Virus record (IMG/VR): IMGVR_UViG_3300029258_005166
Coordinates: 71,445-135,444 of that record
Source: a virus
Length of the DNA stretch: 64,000 bases
Reading direction: 5' to 3' (one strand)
The translations under genes and the position numbers were made by a program. Shown here one piece after another: positions 1 through 10,141 of the stretch; position 1 is the first letter of the stretch, and each line of letters starts with the position of its first letter. A model generated the notes under the pieces. The model was not told the origin of the DNA. It searched no databases and saw nothing but the letters and a program-made list of their open reading frames with translations.

Positions 1-294
1 TGGGTAGAATGAATGTATCCTTGCTGGAATTTCTAGATGCTTGCCCAGAAGGTCTATGTCTGCGTAACAGACACTTTTTTCGCCCAATATCTTTTCTGAT
101 CGATTGCAAAAGTAGCAAGATTCATAGAAATCCCTGCCTTGCAAAAATCTATCCCGATAGGCAAAAAACTTGGGTTCTGGTTGGGGTCCTCCTATAGGAC
201 GAGCAACATAAATCTCGGGATGACTATCCAAAATGTGAGCGAGATATGTCGTTCCTGAACGCTGCATGCCGACTATGAAGAAATGTTTTGCCAT
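1..294 (-). CDS. Sulfotransferase family protein (5' part; runs off the window)
   Basis: Not in ORF track. Manual translation from ATG at 294: MAKHFFIVGMQRSGTTYLAHILDSHPEI...PEPKFF...GEKSVCY, with the PAPS-binding RSGTT motif. Start overlaps the upstream stop (TAATG). Confidence 0.85.
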   Translation of the reverse strand, partial: MAKHFFIVGMQRSGTTYLAHILDSHPEIYVARPIGGPQPEPKFFAYRDRFLQGRDFYESCYFCNRSEKILGEKSVCYADIDLLGKHLEIPARIHSFYP

Positions 295-1085
295 TAGTTG
301 GGTCCTTTGGACATGTTTAGTTTCTTTTCTAATGGGCGAAGGTTTGATAAGGCCCAACATTCTAAGAACTGGGAATCTGCCATAGAAGTGTATTTGAATG
401 AATAATGAGGAATTATGTGGTCAATATGCCAAGTACGCCGCTTATCATTAGAACGACCGCCGTAGTTATCCCAATCCATCCAGGGTTCCCAAAGAGATTC
501 TAAGTGTGCCTTCAATTCTTCTATAGAATAAGGAAGATAGTTTCTAATGGACTTTTTTCGCTTGTATGAACCATTGTGTTTCAGCATCCCTCTTATCGAA
601 CAGCTTACCGCATGTCTTAATTTTCGCACCGGATCTTTTCTTTTCCATCTGGAATAGGCCGCTGCATTTTTCCAAAGCCCCGGTTGCTCTGAACGAAACC
701 AACCCTGTTTACAACCGCAAGATTTTTGACCGCTTTTTAAACAACTAGTGGAAATAGATTTTTTGTTTCCACATTCACACTCACAGAGCCAATAAGCGTT
801 TCCATTGCGTGTCTCGGCATATCTCAATACCGTCAGCATTTGGAACTTTTGGCCTGTTAGATCTTTTATGTTGGCCTCAAATGCTCTTTGTTTTTGATGA
901 CATCCGCAGGATTTAGTTCCATTGCTTTTTAAACCACTGTGTCGAATGACAACCTCTTTGCCGCACTTGCACCTACAAAGCCACGCGGATTGTCTTTGCT
1001 TGCCAGTAGGAATGAGGCCTGCATATTTTAATACCTCTAGTTTGCCAAATGTTTGCCCTGTCAAATCTTCTAGTTTTCTAGGCAT
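294..1085 (-). CDS. HNH homing-type endonuclease with two DLTGQxF/CxC repeats
   Basis: Repeats DLTGQTFGKL..WLCRCKCG..SCGC; C-terminal WHIDHIIP...NLRPL...N HNH motif. Confidence 0.8.
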   Translation of the reverse strand: MPRKLEDLTGQTFGKLEVLKYAGLIPTGKQRQSAWLCRCKCGKEVVIRHSGLKSNGTKSCGCHQKQRAFEANIKDLTGQKFQMLTVLRYAETRNGNAYWLCECECGNKKSISTSCLKSGQKSCGCKQGWFRSEQPGLWKNAAAYSRWKRKDPVRKLRHAVSCSIRGMLKHNGSYKRKKSIRNYLPYSIEELKAHLESLWEPWMDWDNYGGRSNDKRRTWHIDHIIPHYSFKYTSMADSQFLECWALSNLRPLEKKLNMSKGPN

Positions 1086-1115
1086 GACCTATAATAGTAA
1101 AACCTCCATCACCAT

Positions 1116-1628
1116 TCAAGCCACAATGCCACTTTCTTTGAGAATTGCGGCCAATTTGATAAGATGTTTACACATTCCTGGGAGGTGTTGAGGATTAGCT
1201 TCCCAGAGATCAGCCCCTTCGTATTTCTTTCTGTTTCTACCGTATAGTGACTTATCTAGAAAGTTATAATGCCTAAAGCGAAAATTGAAATCGTTACATG
1301 CACACTTAAGAAGTACGTTAGTGTTTTTTATCGAAAACCGATCTAGAATGTAGGCCTTTCCATCACTAGCCATCAGAGAAACAGTATTGGGCTGTGCCTC
1401 TTCATGATAATTAACTTGCTTAAAAACAACAATGGGTGCATACGCTTTATGGTTGCTTTCCGCAAGGCCTTTAACAAACAATGTCTTCATGCCTAGAAAA
1501 GGAATCCATTGAAGTGAAGAGATAGTGATTGGATCTATAGCATGTTGTCGTTTCGTTGTGTTAGGAAACGCAGCCACAGTATTTTGGTAAAGCTCTTGTA
1601 AAGAGGATTCTAGCCATAATTTAGCCAT
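1116..1628 (-). CDS. SWIM-type zinc-finger phage protein
   Basis: CACNDF...MCKHL (CxC..CKH) motif; start moved to MAKLWLE (1628), 4 nt after TAGATA. Confidence 0.6.
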   Translation of the reverse strand: MAKLWLESSLQELYQNTVAAFPNTTKRQHAIDPITISSLQWIPFLGMKTLFVKGLAESNHKAYAPIVVFKQVNYHEEAQPNTVSLMASDGKAYILDRFSIKNTNVLLKCACNDFNFRFRHYNFLDKSLYGRNRKKYEGADLWEANPQHLPGMCKHLIKLAAILKESGIVA

Positions 1629-1759
1629 AATGTATCTAGAATTATTAAGCAGATGCCTATATAAAACAAGAGCGGCGAAGAAAACTTCGTCGCTCTCGGG
1701 CAATTCGATTTAACTCGAATTAAGGCAACTAGAAAGTCAGTCTAAAGACTGTTGATTTT

Positions 1760-1790
1760 AAGCCGCTCGCCCCTGCGGGGCGAGCGGCTT
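1760..1790. repeat. Perfect 14-bp palindrome with 3-nt loop (triloop hairpin family, terminator-like)
   Basis: AAGCCGCTCGCCCC-TGC-GGGGCGAGCGGCTT followed by TTT. Confidence 0.85.
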
Positions 1791-1801
1791 TTTGTATTTA
1801 A

Positions 1802-2137
1802 TTAGGCATTGCCTGTCTTAACGACAGCCCACATAACATGGTCGGTTCCCGTACCGGCGATTGCGAATGATTCGAAATTTCCATCGGAATCATCGGTTTT
1901 TGCGGAAACACTGGCCAAATTGGTAGCTTCTGGAGTCAAAATGACGGCATAGTTCGTTTCACTGCCATCGAGGGCGGTGGGGAACGTAACCGTTGCAGCA
2001 CCAGCGGCTAGCACAACCGTACCAGCAGCGACAACGTGGGGAGTCAAGAGAGGCACAAATTGGTCACGGCCATTACCCGGACCTTTATTCCCATCAGCGG
2101 CTCCAGGGCCGACACCTGTGACAGAAGTAGCTCCCAT
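1802..2137 (-). CDS. Small virion structural/decoration-like protein
   Basis: Gly/Ala/Thr-rich beta-type sequence, AAAGGAG RBS, TAGATA motif upstream. Confidence 0.5.
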   Translation of the reverse strand: MGATSVTGVGPGAADGNKGPGNGRDQFVPLLTPHVVAAGTVVLAAGAATVTFPTALDGSETNYAVILTPEATNLASVSAKTDDSDGNFESFAIAGTGTDHVMWAVVKTGNA

Positions 2138-2237
2138 TGTATCTCCTTTTAATTGATTTTAAGGGTCTTCAGGAATATCTAGATCTATCATTTCCTTTTT
2201 AGGAGTATTTTGGAAAAAAATTCCTCCGAAGCTATAT

Positions 2238-2816
2238 ATGGGTATGACGCATATAATTAGTCCCAAAGTGAATAACAGACAGAAAGATTTCATTATCGGC
2301 ACGATTTTGGGTGGATCATCAATTGTAAAGCCATCAAAAGGCAAAAATTGCTATCTATCAATGCGAAGCAAGAACATTGAATGGTTGCGATTCAAAGCCA
2401 CAGAATTGGTCCATTTGGCTTCTAATGCTCCCATTACCAAAGAGAAAACAAATCGATGGCATTCGATTTGCTATCCAATTTTCAATGAATTTAGGGAGAT
2501 GTTTTATGATAACAGAGGCCGTCGAAGGTTACATTTGGACAACTTGAGTTTACTGAGGGACATGGCTTTGGCCGTTTGGTTTGGCGATTGTGGCACTTTT
2601 TCGCGAGGTCATGCAATCATAAATACCCATATCTGGAAGAAAAAAGGCACAGAAACTATCCATGAGTATTTCACTTGTCTAAGCTTTGATTCTTCGATCA
2701 TTAAGCAACGCAACAACTATAGGATCAAGTTAGACCAACACTCCTCAGAGAGCCTTTGGAGGCTCATTGGTCCTCATATGCCTACGTTTATGCCGTTTGC
2801 TAGCCACCAAAGATAA
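2238..2816 (+). CDS. LAGLIDADG-family homing endonuclease
   Basis: FIIGTILGGSSI and LAVWFGDCG double-motif pattern. Confidence 0.7.
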   Translation: MGMTHIISPKVNNRQKDFIIGTILGGSSIVKPSKGKNCYLSMRSKNIEWLRFKATELVHLASNAPITKEKTNRWHSICYPIFNEFREMFYDNRGRRRLHLDNLSLLRDMALAVWFGDCGTFSRGHAIINTHIWKKKGTETIHEYFTCLSFDSSIIKQRNNYRIKLDQHSSESLWRLIGPHMPTFMPFASHQR

Positions 2817-3345
2817 CGCACCAATATCGCACCCCATTGTTATCTTCGGCTATTCCTGCACCCGCGTGCGAATAATGTGGATTTACAATATTTTTGTGGT
2901 GGTCAGCGGATCTCATCCAAGCATCCATGGTTTTCTTGCCGTCGTTATAGCCAAAGGCAATGTTTTCACCGACGTATTTCCAATTACCACGTACTCTATG
3001 CCCTACAGTTGCACCGTTAGCGTCCTTGTGGGTAAGTGTTCTTATTCTTGCCATCCATTCCGCTTGTTCTTGGGCGGCTCGGGTGAGTTCTTGACTTGTC
3101 CTTAAAGCTCCAAGTCGTTGATTGTAGCGAATGACGTTGTGTTCTCTTATCAAACCATCTCTTTCGACATCTCGATAGGAGTATCGTTCATCATACCAAT
3201 CATAAATGCCATCATCATAATAATGGTGGGGCCGCTCATAGTCATAGTGATGTCTGGGCGGTTGGTATGGATACGGTTGATACTGCGGATTCTGGCATCC
3301 GACAAAAACAATCGCAATCAAAAGTGCTAGTGTAAGATATCTCAT
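2800..3345 (-). CDS. CAP/SCP-domain lipoprotein
   Basis: Signal peptide with lipobox FVGC; HNxxR, GENIA, WMRSADHHKNI, YWCVIFG motifs. Confidence 0.85.
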   Translation of the reverse strand: MRYLTLALLIAIVFVGCQNPQYQPYPYQPPRHHYDYERPHHYYDDGIYDWYDERYSYRDVERDGLIREHNVIRYNQRLGALRTSQELTRAAQEQAEWMARIRTLTHKDANGATVGHRVRGNWKYVGENIAFGYNDGKKTMDAWMRSADHHKNIVNPHYSHAGAGIAEDNNGVRYWCVIFGG

Positions 3346-3400
3346 TTTGCCTCCTCTTTTTCTATTTAGGTAGATCGGTGAAAAAACACTCTCTTAATGC

Positions 3401-4210
3401 ATGGCAACTTTACTACGTCCCCCGGTGAAATATCATGGTGGCAAATACTATTTATGCCGCTGGATTATCGAGCAAATGCCCAAGCATACGATCTATGTCG
3501 AGCCGTTCGGAGGAGCAGGTTCGGTCCTATTGAATAAGAGTCCAGCCAAAACAGAAGTTTACAATGACTCTGAATACAGCATTTACAACCTGTTTCGGAC
3601 ACTAAAAGAAGAAGGAAATGCTCTTCTCGCCCGATTACGAGAAGTAAAATATGAGAAAGAGCAATATCTTGAGTTCAGGACTATTTATCGCTCGAACGAC
3701 TTCTACTTGCTCGATCCTCTGGAACAGGCCGCAATCACCTATTCTGTGCGAAGAATGTCGCGTGGCGGTCTCTGCGGGACTTTTTGCTGGTCTTCTCGGC
3801 TCTATGGCGACGGAGTGCCAGGAGAAGTTCATAGTTGGAACACCATGCTGCCCAATTTACCGACCATTTCCGAGAGATTGAAGTTCGTGGACATTTGGAA
3901 CTTTGATTGGTCTGAAATCATAGCTTGGTACGACAGTCCCAATACCGCCTTCTACATCGATCCGCCATATTTGAAGTCTACACGGGTATTCAAAACAGCA
4001 TACTTGGTCGAAATGACCAAAGAAGATCACGAAAATCTTGCTAATACCTTAAATATGGTAAAGGCCAAAGTCATGCTTAGTGGATATCCCTCTGAATTTT
4101 ATTCTCAATACTATGGTGACTGGCGATGTGTCGAAAAGGAAGTGCCAAATCATTCTTCGCATGAAAAGAAAAAAAAGATCAAGCGAGAATGTCTGTGGCT
4201 GAACTTTTGA
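3401..4210 (+). CDS. dam: Dam-like DNA adenine methyltransferase
   Basis: YHGGK, EPFGGAGSV, DPPY motifs. Confidence 0.9.
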   Translation: MATLLRPPVKYHGGKYYLCRWIIEQMPKHTIYVEPFGGAGSVLLNKSPAKTEVYNDSEYSIYNLFRTLKEEGNALLARLREVKYEKEQYLEFRTIYRSNDFYLLDPLEQAAITYSVRRMSRGGLCGTFCWSSRLYGDGVPGEVHSWNTMLPNLPTISERLKFVDIWNFDWSEIIAWYDSPNTAFYIDPPYLKSTRVFKTAYLVEMTKEDHENLANTLNMVKAKVMLSGYPSEFYSQYYGDWRCVEKEVPNHSSHEKKKKIKRECLWLNF

Positions 4211-4211
4211 A

Positions 4212-5666
4212 ATGAGAATCCTGTATTTATTGAGTCATCTTCAACGAAGCGGCGGCCACGGCATAGTCGATTTCATTATACAGAATTACGACAACATTCA
4301 TTTCTTCAACGACTGCACTCCAACATCTTTGAAGGGAAAAGGTCCGTGTAAGGGAATAAAGAAGGGCCAGCGAGTCCATGCAATTGTGTCGTTTGAAAAC
4401 ATACCTCCTTCCGCAATCAACAATCCTCCGATTCTTCGAAACTTCGATTATGACCTATTGTTGAAGATTGTTCTGCTAAGAGATCCTTTTAATTGGTGGG
4501 CTTCTAGTCAAGCCGATCCTCAGTGTCGAAAAAAAAGAAAGCCGTTATTGTGGAAGCAATTTGCAAAAGAATATTTGAATCCTGGTGATTGGATTCCTAT
4601 CAATTTCAATAGATGGTTCACAGAGGAACAATATCGAAAAGAAGTGGCAGAACGACTCCATCTAAAGAATTATAATCTCCCGCCAGAACAGCGACTATGT
4701 AAGGCGGGTCCTGGCAGTAGCTTTCAAAAGCACACAAGGCCCCAAGATTTGGATTTGCTAAATCGTTGGCCAAAATACTTGCAATTGCCTGCTTTCAGAA
4801 ACTTCTCTGGAGATTCCGAAGTTCAAAAATACGCAAACAGCATCTTCGGAATGAAGGTCAATCTGCCAGAAATGGATTCGAAAAAGATTCTTGTTGGTCC
4901 TTTCGTGGGAGAGTTCGGATGGGAATTGATATGGCAGGCTCAAGTTCGAAACCACATTCAAACAACAGAATATGAAAAGATCGTGGTATCGACAAGACCC
5001 GACCGCTTTTTCTTTTATAAAGATTTCGCCACACAATTTGAGCCAATCCTTACACCTGATGGTAAGGCCGATAAAATGCAATGCAATGGTCCAAAAACGA
5101 CAAAACTTGTTCAAGAAGTATTGAAGAAATACATGAATCATTATGTTCTTTTTCCTAAAGATAGAAAAAATATGAAATGCAAATATCTTCGTTGGGGTCA
5201 ATACAACGAGGATTTAAGTTTTGACCTATTGATCCATTGTCGTAATCGAATCCACCGTAAATCCGACAATTGGTCACTCGATAATTGGGAAAAAGTGATG
5301 GAGGCTTTTCCAAACCTATCAATAGCTTCAATTGGAACAAAAAAAGCGGCTCTCAAGCCCAAAAGATCTATCGATTTGAGAGACATGCCGCTAGAAAAGC
5401 TGGTAGATATCATGGCATCGAGCAAATTGCTCGTTGGACCTAGTTCGGGACCGATGCATCTTGGCTCATTGTGTGGTATAGAACATATTACATGGTCACC
5501 AAATTTTCACGTTAAGCCACGATATCTAACTTATTGGAATCCTTTTGGAACTTCCGTACACTATTTTAGTACAAAAAATCCTTCCACATCGACTGTCATA
5601 GGCAAGATCAACGAGGTTTTGAAAGGCCCAACTTTCGAACGACAGAAAAGAATTAAGTTTCTTTAG
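4212..5666 (+). CDS. Sulfotransferase-like domain fused to a GT9-like glycosyltransferase
   Basis: N-term LQRSGGH..LRDPFNWWAS; C-term GEFGWEL..NWS..W..DLR..LVGPSSGPMHL. Confidence 0.65.
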   Translation: MRILYLLSHLQRSGGHGIVDFIIQNYDNIHFFNDCTPTSLKGKGPCKGIKKGQRVHAIVSFENIPPSAINNPPILRNFDYDLLLKIVLLRDPFNWWASSQADPQCRKKRKPLLWKQFAKEYLNPGDWIPINFNRWFTEEQYRKEVAERLHLKNYNLPPEQRLCKAGPGSSFQKHTRPQDLDLLNRWPKYLQLPAFRNFSGDSEVQKYANSIFGMKVNLPEMDSKKILVGPFVGEFGWELIWQAQVRNHIQTTEYEKIVVSTRPDRFFFYKDFATQFEPILTPDGKADKMQCNGPKTTKLVQEVLKKYMNHYVLFPKDRKNMKCKYLRWGQYNEDLSFDLLIHCRNRIHRKSDNWSLDNWEKVMEAFPNLSIASIGTKKAALKPKRSIDLRDMPLEKLVDIMASSKLLVGPSSGPMHLGSLCGIEHITWSPNFHVKPRYLTYWNPFGTSVHYFSTKNPSTSTVIGKINEVLKGPTFERQKRIKFL

Positions 5667-6799
5667 ACATCTCGAAATCCCAATTCGTAATCAATAAATT
5701 CTATATCGAGATTGCTCATTTTCTCACTCTTCCACTCCAATGCTTCTGTGTTTTCCAGAATCCGCTTTCTTGCGATTCCAGATTTAAAGAAGTTTTCAAA
5801 GGGAGTTTTGACAGATCGTTCACAAACAACATTTGCCCCAACGTTGTTAAACCACTCCAGATAAGTCGTATCAGTCAGGACTTTTTGGACATTATCTAAG
5901 TCAACACCTTGGGCCGTAAGTTCCTGAGGAGTAAAGATCAGATGGGCATAGGCCAAATTGAGTTGTCTATAACAATGCCCTCCATGTCTGCTAATCCAAG
6001 GATGACAACGCACTTTGACAATTGTGTTGGCTTTACACACAGATTTTACTTGTTCAAGCAACTTAAGAGGATCATCGGCATGATCCAATACGTCGAAGAG
6101 AAGAATACAATCATAAGGGCCGAGATCCTCTACTTGTTCAAAATTACTTGTTAAAGTCAGATTGTCTTGAGTATGGAAGGTGATCTTGGGATCATAACCA
6201 ACAGATAGGGCAGCCTGTTTTGCGGCAACTTGGGCCATATGCCCTTCTCCACATCCGCAATCTAGGAACGTCATATTCTTAAGATCAATGTCTAGGTAGC
6301 TTTCAATGATTTCCGTTGCTCTCGTAGTCTTCTCTACTTCCGAAGCTGCATCGCAAATCATTTCAGGAGCTATGGCGTGTGGCCATTCGTCGTTGAGATC
6401 ATTCAAAATCGCTAATTCTTCATTTGCCGTCAATTGCTTGCGACCTTCAATAAGTTGAAGGGATTCTGAGGTTCCGTCTAGTAAAGTAATCTCCAAGAGA
6501 TACAGTGGATCATATGGATCGGCATAAGTCGAAAGAGATTGTCGATCCGCGAAATATAAGTCGAATGATTGATCCTCTTGGGAGGGTTTGACCACAATGT
6601 CCCAACAATCATGTCTTGCTGGATACTCCCAATAATTACCTTTAGGTTTTGCATCCTCCTTATCTTTTAGAACGATGCGATGTGGGAAATCCGCAACCCC
6701 TTCAAGTTTAACGTGAAGATCGGTAGCTTCTTTCGCTCCGTGATCTCTAAATCGACTAGTATACTTGGTCTCACTAGGACCCATCAAATATGCCTTCAT
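5663..6799 (-). CDS. Class I SAM-dependent methyltransferase with extra N-terminal domain
   Basis: FLDCGCGEG motif I; YDCILLFDVLDH. Confidence 0.8.
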   Translation of the reverse strand: MKAYLMGPSETKYTSRFRDHGAKEATDLHVKLEGVADFPHRIVLKDKEDAKPKGNYWEYPARHDCWDIVVKPSQEDQSFDLYFADRQSLSTYADPYDPLYLLEITLLDGTSESLQLIEGRKQLTANEELAILNDLNDEWPHAIAPEMICDAASEVEKTTRATEIIESYLDIDLKNMTFLDCGCGEGHMAQVAAKQAALSVGYDPKITFHTQDNLTLTSNFEQVEDLGPYDCILLFDVLDHADDPLKLLEQVKSVCKANTIVKVRCHPWISRHGGHCYRQLNLAYAHLIFTPQELTAQGVDLDNVQKVLTDTTYLEWFNNVGANVVCERSVKTPFENFFKSGIARKRILENTEALEWKSEKMSNLDIEFIDYELGFRDV

Positions 6800-6850
6800 G
6801 TGGTCTCCAATTTCTGTTTTATATTAGTAATGCTGCTGCATTTATAAAGT

Positions 6851-7201
6851 ATGCATGGTTTTTTAGACTTTTTAAAACGGAAACTAGCCTGCGGTTGTGG
6901 AGACCCCTATGAAGCGGGACCCAGCAAGATTCATGGCCATGGCGTCATTATTACTAGACCCGTCAAAAAGGGTGCGTGTCTTGGAATTACCCATAAACTT
7001 TTGGACAATGGGATGTGGGAGATGCTCAAGCCATTGGGCGACTACAACCATTCATCCACAAAAGAAAATGCCATTGTGCTAAAGGGTCCAACAGTGAGAA
7101 AGATTTATGTCTTGAGAGATATGTCGCCGGGAGAAGAAATGTTGGTTGATTTTCGAAAACAAGCAGATTTGGAGCAGCCGCAAGAAGGGTGGCTAGAATA
7201 G
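6851..7201 (+). CDS. SET-domain protein (putative lysine methyltransferase)
   Basis: SKIHGHGV, NHS, GEEMLVDF correspond to SET motifs. Confidence 0.75.
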   Translation: MHGFLDFLKRKLACGCGDPYEAGPSKIHGHGVIITRPVKKGACLGITHKLLDNGMWEMLKPLGDYNHSSTKENAIVLKGPTVRKIYVLRDMSPGEEMLVDFRKQADLEQPQEGWLE

Positions 7202-7202
7202 A

Positions 7203-7400
7203 CTAACAAACAACTAAGGCTCCGAGATTCCACTCGCTTTCATAGTTCCAATGAAATGAATGCTCTTCTAAGACTTCCAAAACGATAGCTCGCATCACAG
7301 GACTATTTCCCGTGATGATTCTCAAAGGCGGCTCGTTTAACAAGACGAAATTCTCTACCAATCGACTTGCCCGTTCATGCCTTGTGCCATGTAAATCAAG
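7203..7400 (-). pseudogene. Smr-domain protein, interrupted; first three codons lie at 8209-8201
   Basis: Not in ORF track. Reads LDLHGTRHERASRLVENFVLLNEPPLRIITGNSPVMRAIVLEVL; LDLHG and IITG are Smr motifs. Deleting 7401-8200 gives ATG GAA ACC CTT GAT in frame (68 aa). Confidence 0.8.
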
Positions 7401-8202
7401 GGTTTAAAACAGTTGCCTTAAAACCTGCGGAAATCTAGGAGAACCTAAGCAAAAACTTTCCTTAATTTGAGAAAATGTTGGATAACCCCAATGCCAGACC
7501 TGAATATGCTCGTTCAACTGATGCGAAACGAAGATTGCTTCAAGAACCTTCACAACACGAAAACTGCCAAGCAAACGATCCGCAAGGTAATCACTGATTG
7601 GTGGAACTTCCGAAAGGCACTGAAGGCGTACAATAAGGACTCAAGCGGTTTCAAGAGGAAACCTAAACCGCCCAAGTACAAAGAGAAGATGGCACAAGTC
7701 ATTTTCTACAATGAGACGATCAAAGGCGGTCAGTCTAAGAAGAAGCAACTTGAAACCATCACACCTACAAACAAGTGTTTTTCAATTCGTAGCGATCGCA
7801 AGTTTAAACAAGTGATTATTACTCCGAAGACATTTGGATTTGTGATCGAGGTTCAATATGAACATCCACTGAAAAAAGGACGGAGTAAAGCGAAAGACAC
7901 AAGCAAAGCCAGTTTCCTTGACCATGACCCAATACCTGCTTATGATGAAAACGCTGAGTCGCCACAATTTAGTGGTAGCCGAGTGGAACGAGGGCTTTAC
8001 AAAACATTCAGACCCATTCACGCAGACGTGAATGGCAGTTTGAACATAGGGAGAAAAGTAATCGGAGATAAGGTTTATGCCTTCTCCGATAGGAGCATTG
8101 CCGCAATGCCAGTACGAGTCAATCCATTGAAGGTTTCTGCGTAGAACGGCAGAAACAGGTTGATTTCGTCAAACCTAGATTTCCTTAGATTTCTGGGAAC
8201 GG
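7401..8202 (+). mobile_element. Non-autonomous IS607-family derivative (about 800 bp)
   Basis: GG(TTT) at both junctions (7401-7405, 8201-8205); right end ...GAACGG; subterminal AAATCTA/TAGATTT repeats; internal truncated tnpB; no serine-recombinase tnpA. Confidence 0.75.
7467..8144 (+). pseudogene. tnpB: Internally deleted TnpB (IS607-type)
   Basis: Keeps KPPKYK, TSKASFLD, RVERGLYK, HADVNGSLNIGRK; lacks RuvC-I GIDxG and RuvC-II segments. Confidence 0.8.
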
Positions 8203-8709
8203 TTTCCATGTTCGTATTGTATACTCCACAAGATCAAACTTCTCATGTTTTTCAAGCGTTCTTCTCTTCCATTTCCACCAATTGATTTTTGGGAAATGAG
8301 TATCTCCCTTATGTTTTCCGAAAACCTGACTTACAATAATCCGGTCTACAAGACCCGATTTCATTGCTGTTTCATATACCATCCCACCACCAATAATGAA
8401 AATTTCATTCGAAGAATGCAGACAAGCGATATGGATGGCTTCCTGAAGATCTGCGGCGAGATATATGGGAGATTTTCTCGTCAGGTGCCCGCCTGGAATT
8501 TCTACCAATCCATTAGAGATAACAACGTTGATCCGTCCCGTCAAGGGCTTCTTGGGCAAACTATCCCAAGTTTTTCTTCCCATGATTACGGGATGTCCCA
8601 TTGTTCTTTCCCGAAATAGAGAAAGATCCTCGGGAATATACCAGGGTATTTTTCCCCGATTTCCGATTATTCTTTTACCATCAAAAGCTACAAGAATTGT
8701 AATCATCAT
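8185..8709 (-). CDS. folA: Dihydrofolate reductase
   Basis: IGNRGKIPW, EDL..F, IMGRKTWDSL, IIGGG, GDTHFP; last codons come from the IS end. Confidence 0.95.
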   Translation of the reverse strand: MMITILVAFDGKRIIGNRGKIPWYIPEDLSLFRERTMGHPVIMGRKTWDSLPKKPLTGRINVVISNGLVEIPGGHLTRKSPIYLAADLQEAIHIACLHSSNEIFIIGGGMVYETAMKSGLVDRIIVSQVFGKHKGDTHFPKINWWKWKRRTLEKHEKFDLVEYTIRTWKPFPEI

Positions 8710-8714
8710 ATAAA

Positions 8715-9290
8715 CTATGGATTATTTTTATGTTTCTTTTTTCCCTTGTGCTTCTTTCTCATGCTTTCTTTAGTTTTGCAATTTCTCCAGGGGAACGGCT
8801 TGTTAGGAATTGGTTTATCCAAAAATTTGCAAAGCGGAGGCCATCCAACACCATCACAGAGATGGTATATTAACACTCGTTCGTGTCTAGTTTCATCACC
8901 GAAATATTCCAGGGCTTCGGAATAATGGCGATAATGCGATTCTCTATACTTTTTCTCAGTGATATGTCTTTTGTTTCTGTTGTGCCATTTAGCACTTCTG
9001 ACCCAAGAATCTACATCTCTCATTGTAAGAATAAATTGACTGTTTGGGTATTGTATATCTAATTCTCGGTAATATTTATGAAGTAAACTATCCGTAAATG
9101 CTTGATATGGTAATCCTTCAACTAATCCCTGACCTAATCGAAGATTTTTCAGTATTATTGGATTTTGCTTTCGAGGCCCATCGATAGTTTTAAATCCCAA
9201 AATTTTGAGTGCTTTTGATAAACTCGTTGTTCCTGTTTTGAAAAGACCTATCCCGAAAATCATGCCATATTTAGATTTGTCAAACCGCAA
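8715..9290 (-). CDS. Sulfotransferase family protein
   Basis: [31 protein letters not shown]...PFP motifs. Confidence 0.85.
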   Translation of the reverse strand: MRFDKSKYGMIFGIGLFKTGTTSLSKALKILGFKTIDGPRKQNPIILKNLRLGQGLVEGLPYQAFTDSLLHKYYRELDIQYPNSQFILTMRDVDSWVRSAKWHNRNKRHITEKKYRESHYRHYSEALEYFGDETRHERVLIYHLCDGVGWPPLCKFLDKPIPNKPFPWRNCKTKESMRKKHKGKKKHKNNP

Positions 9291-10074
9291 TTGGGGCCCG
9301 AATTGCAGAATGACATCGGTAGTTTTTAATTACAATGTCATCATATTCAAAGTCATCAATGTTTTTAATCTCTTGATTCAAAAATAAGGTCGGCAAATCG
9401 AACCATGTTCTCCCTAATTGCTCATTGACTTGATTTAGATGATTTTGGTAAATATGTACATCAATTCCATGCCATACAAATTCTCCAGCCGGGAATCCGG
9501 TAACATGAGCCATCATACATGTCAACAAAGAATACGATGAAATATTGAATGGTACTCCGAGAAAAAGATCACATGATCTTTGAAACATTGAGCAATTTAA
9601 TTTGCCGTCCATTACGTTAAAAATAAACGCAAAGTGGCATGGAGGCAAGGCCATATTTGGCAATTCTCCAACATTCCAAGCAGAAACCAATAATCTTCGG
9701 GAATTAGGATTTGCTTGAAGCTGGGTGATTACATTTGTGATTTGATCGATTTCCTGCCAATTTCTCCACTGTACGCCGTATACAGGCCCGAGATCTCCTC
9801 TCTCGTCAGCCCATTCATCCCAAATTGTCACATGATTTCGCTGGAGGTATTCAATATTTCCGGTTCCCTTCAAAAACCAGAGCAATTCATAAATCACAGA
9901 TTTCAAGTGAACTTTCTTGGTTGTCAATATAGGGAACCGATCCGACAGATCAAACCGGAGCGTTCTGTCAAATACTGCAAGTGTCCCCGTCCCTGTCCTA
10001 TCTTTTTTCTCTACCCCATTTTCTAACACGTCACGCAAAAGATCCAAGTATTTAGGATCGACATCGTTCTTCAT
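9280..10074 (-). CDS. thyA: Thymidylate synthase
   Basis: DRTGTGT, ELLWFL, LPPCH, QRSCD, PFN, HIY; start at MKNDV after GGAGG. Confidence 0.97.
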   Translation of the reverse strand: MKNDVDPKYLDLLRDVLENGVEKKDRTGTGTLAVFDRTLRFDLSDRFPILTTKKVHLKSVIYELLWFLKGTGNIEYLQRNHVTIWDEWADERGDLGPVYGVQWRNWQEIDQITNVITQLQANPNSRRLLVSAWNVGELPNMALPPCHFAFIFNVMDGKLNCSMFQRSCDLFLGVPFNISSYSLLTCMMAHVTGFPAGEFVWHGIDVHIYQNHLNQVNEQLGRTWFDLPTLFLNQEIKNIDDFEYDDIVIKNYRCHSAIRAPIAV

Positions 10075-10141
10075 AGCAACACCTCCAGGAAATACTATAG
10101 ACAATCGTCCCAAAAAAATCTAGGCAAACCTCATATAAAGC

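Noticed and set aside
7205-7400. Structured ncRNA suggested by local hairpins
   Set aside because: The region translates as an Smr domain on the minus strand.
7429-8184. 11-bp terminal inverted repeats (GGAAATCTAGG) of a DDE-type element
   Set aside because: The true junctions are the outer GGTTT sites that restore the Smr gene; these repeats are subterminal, as expected for IS607.
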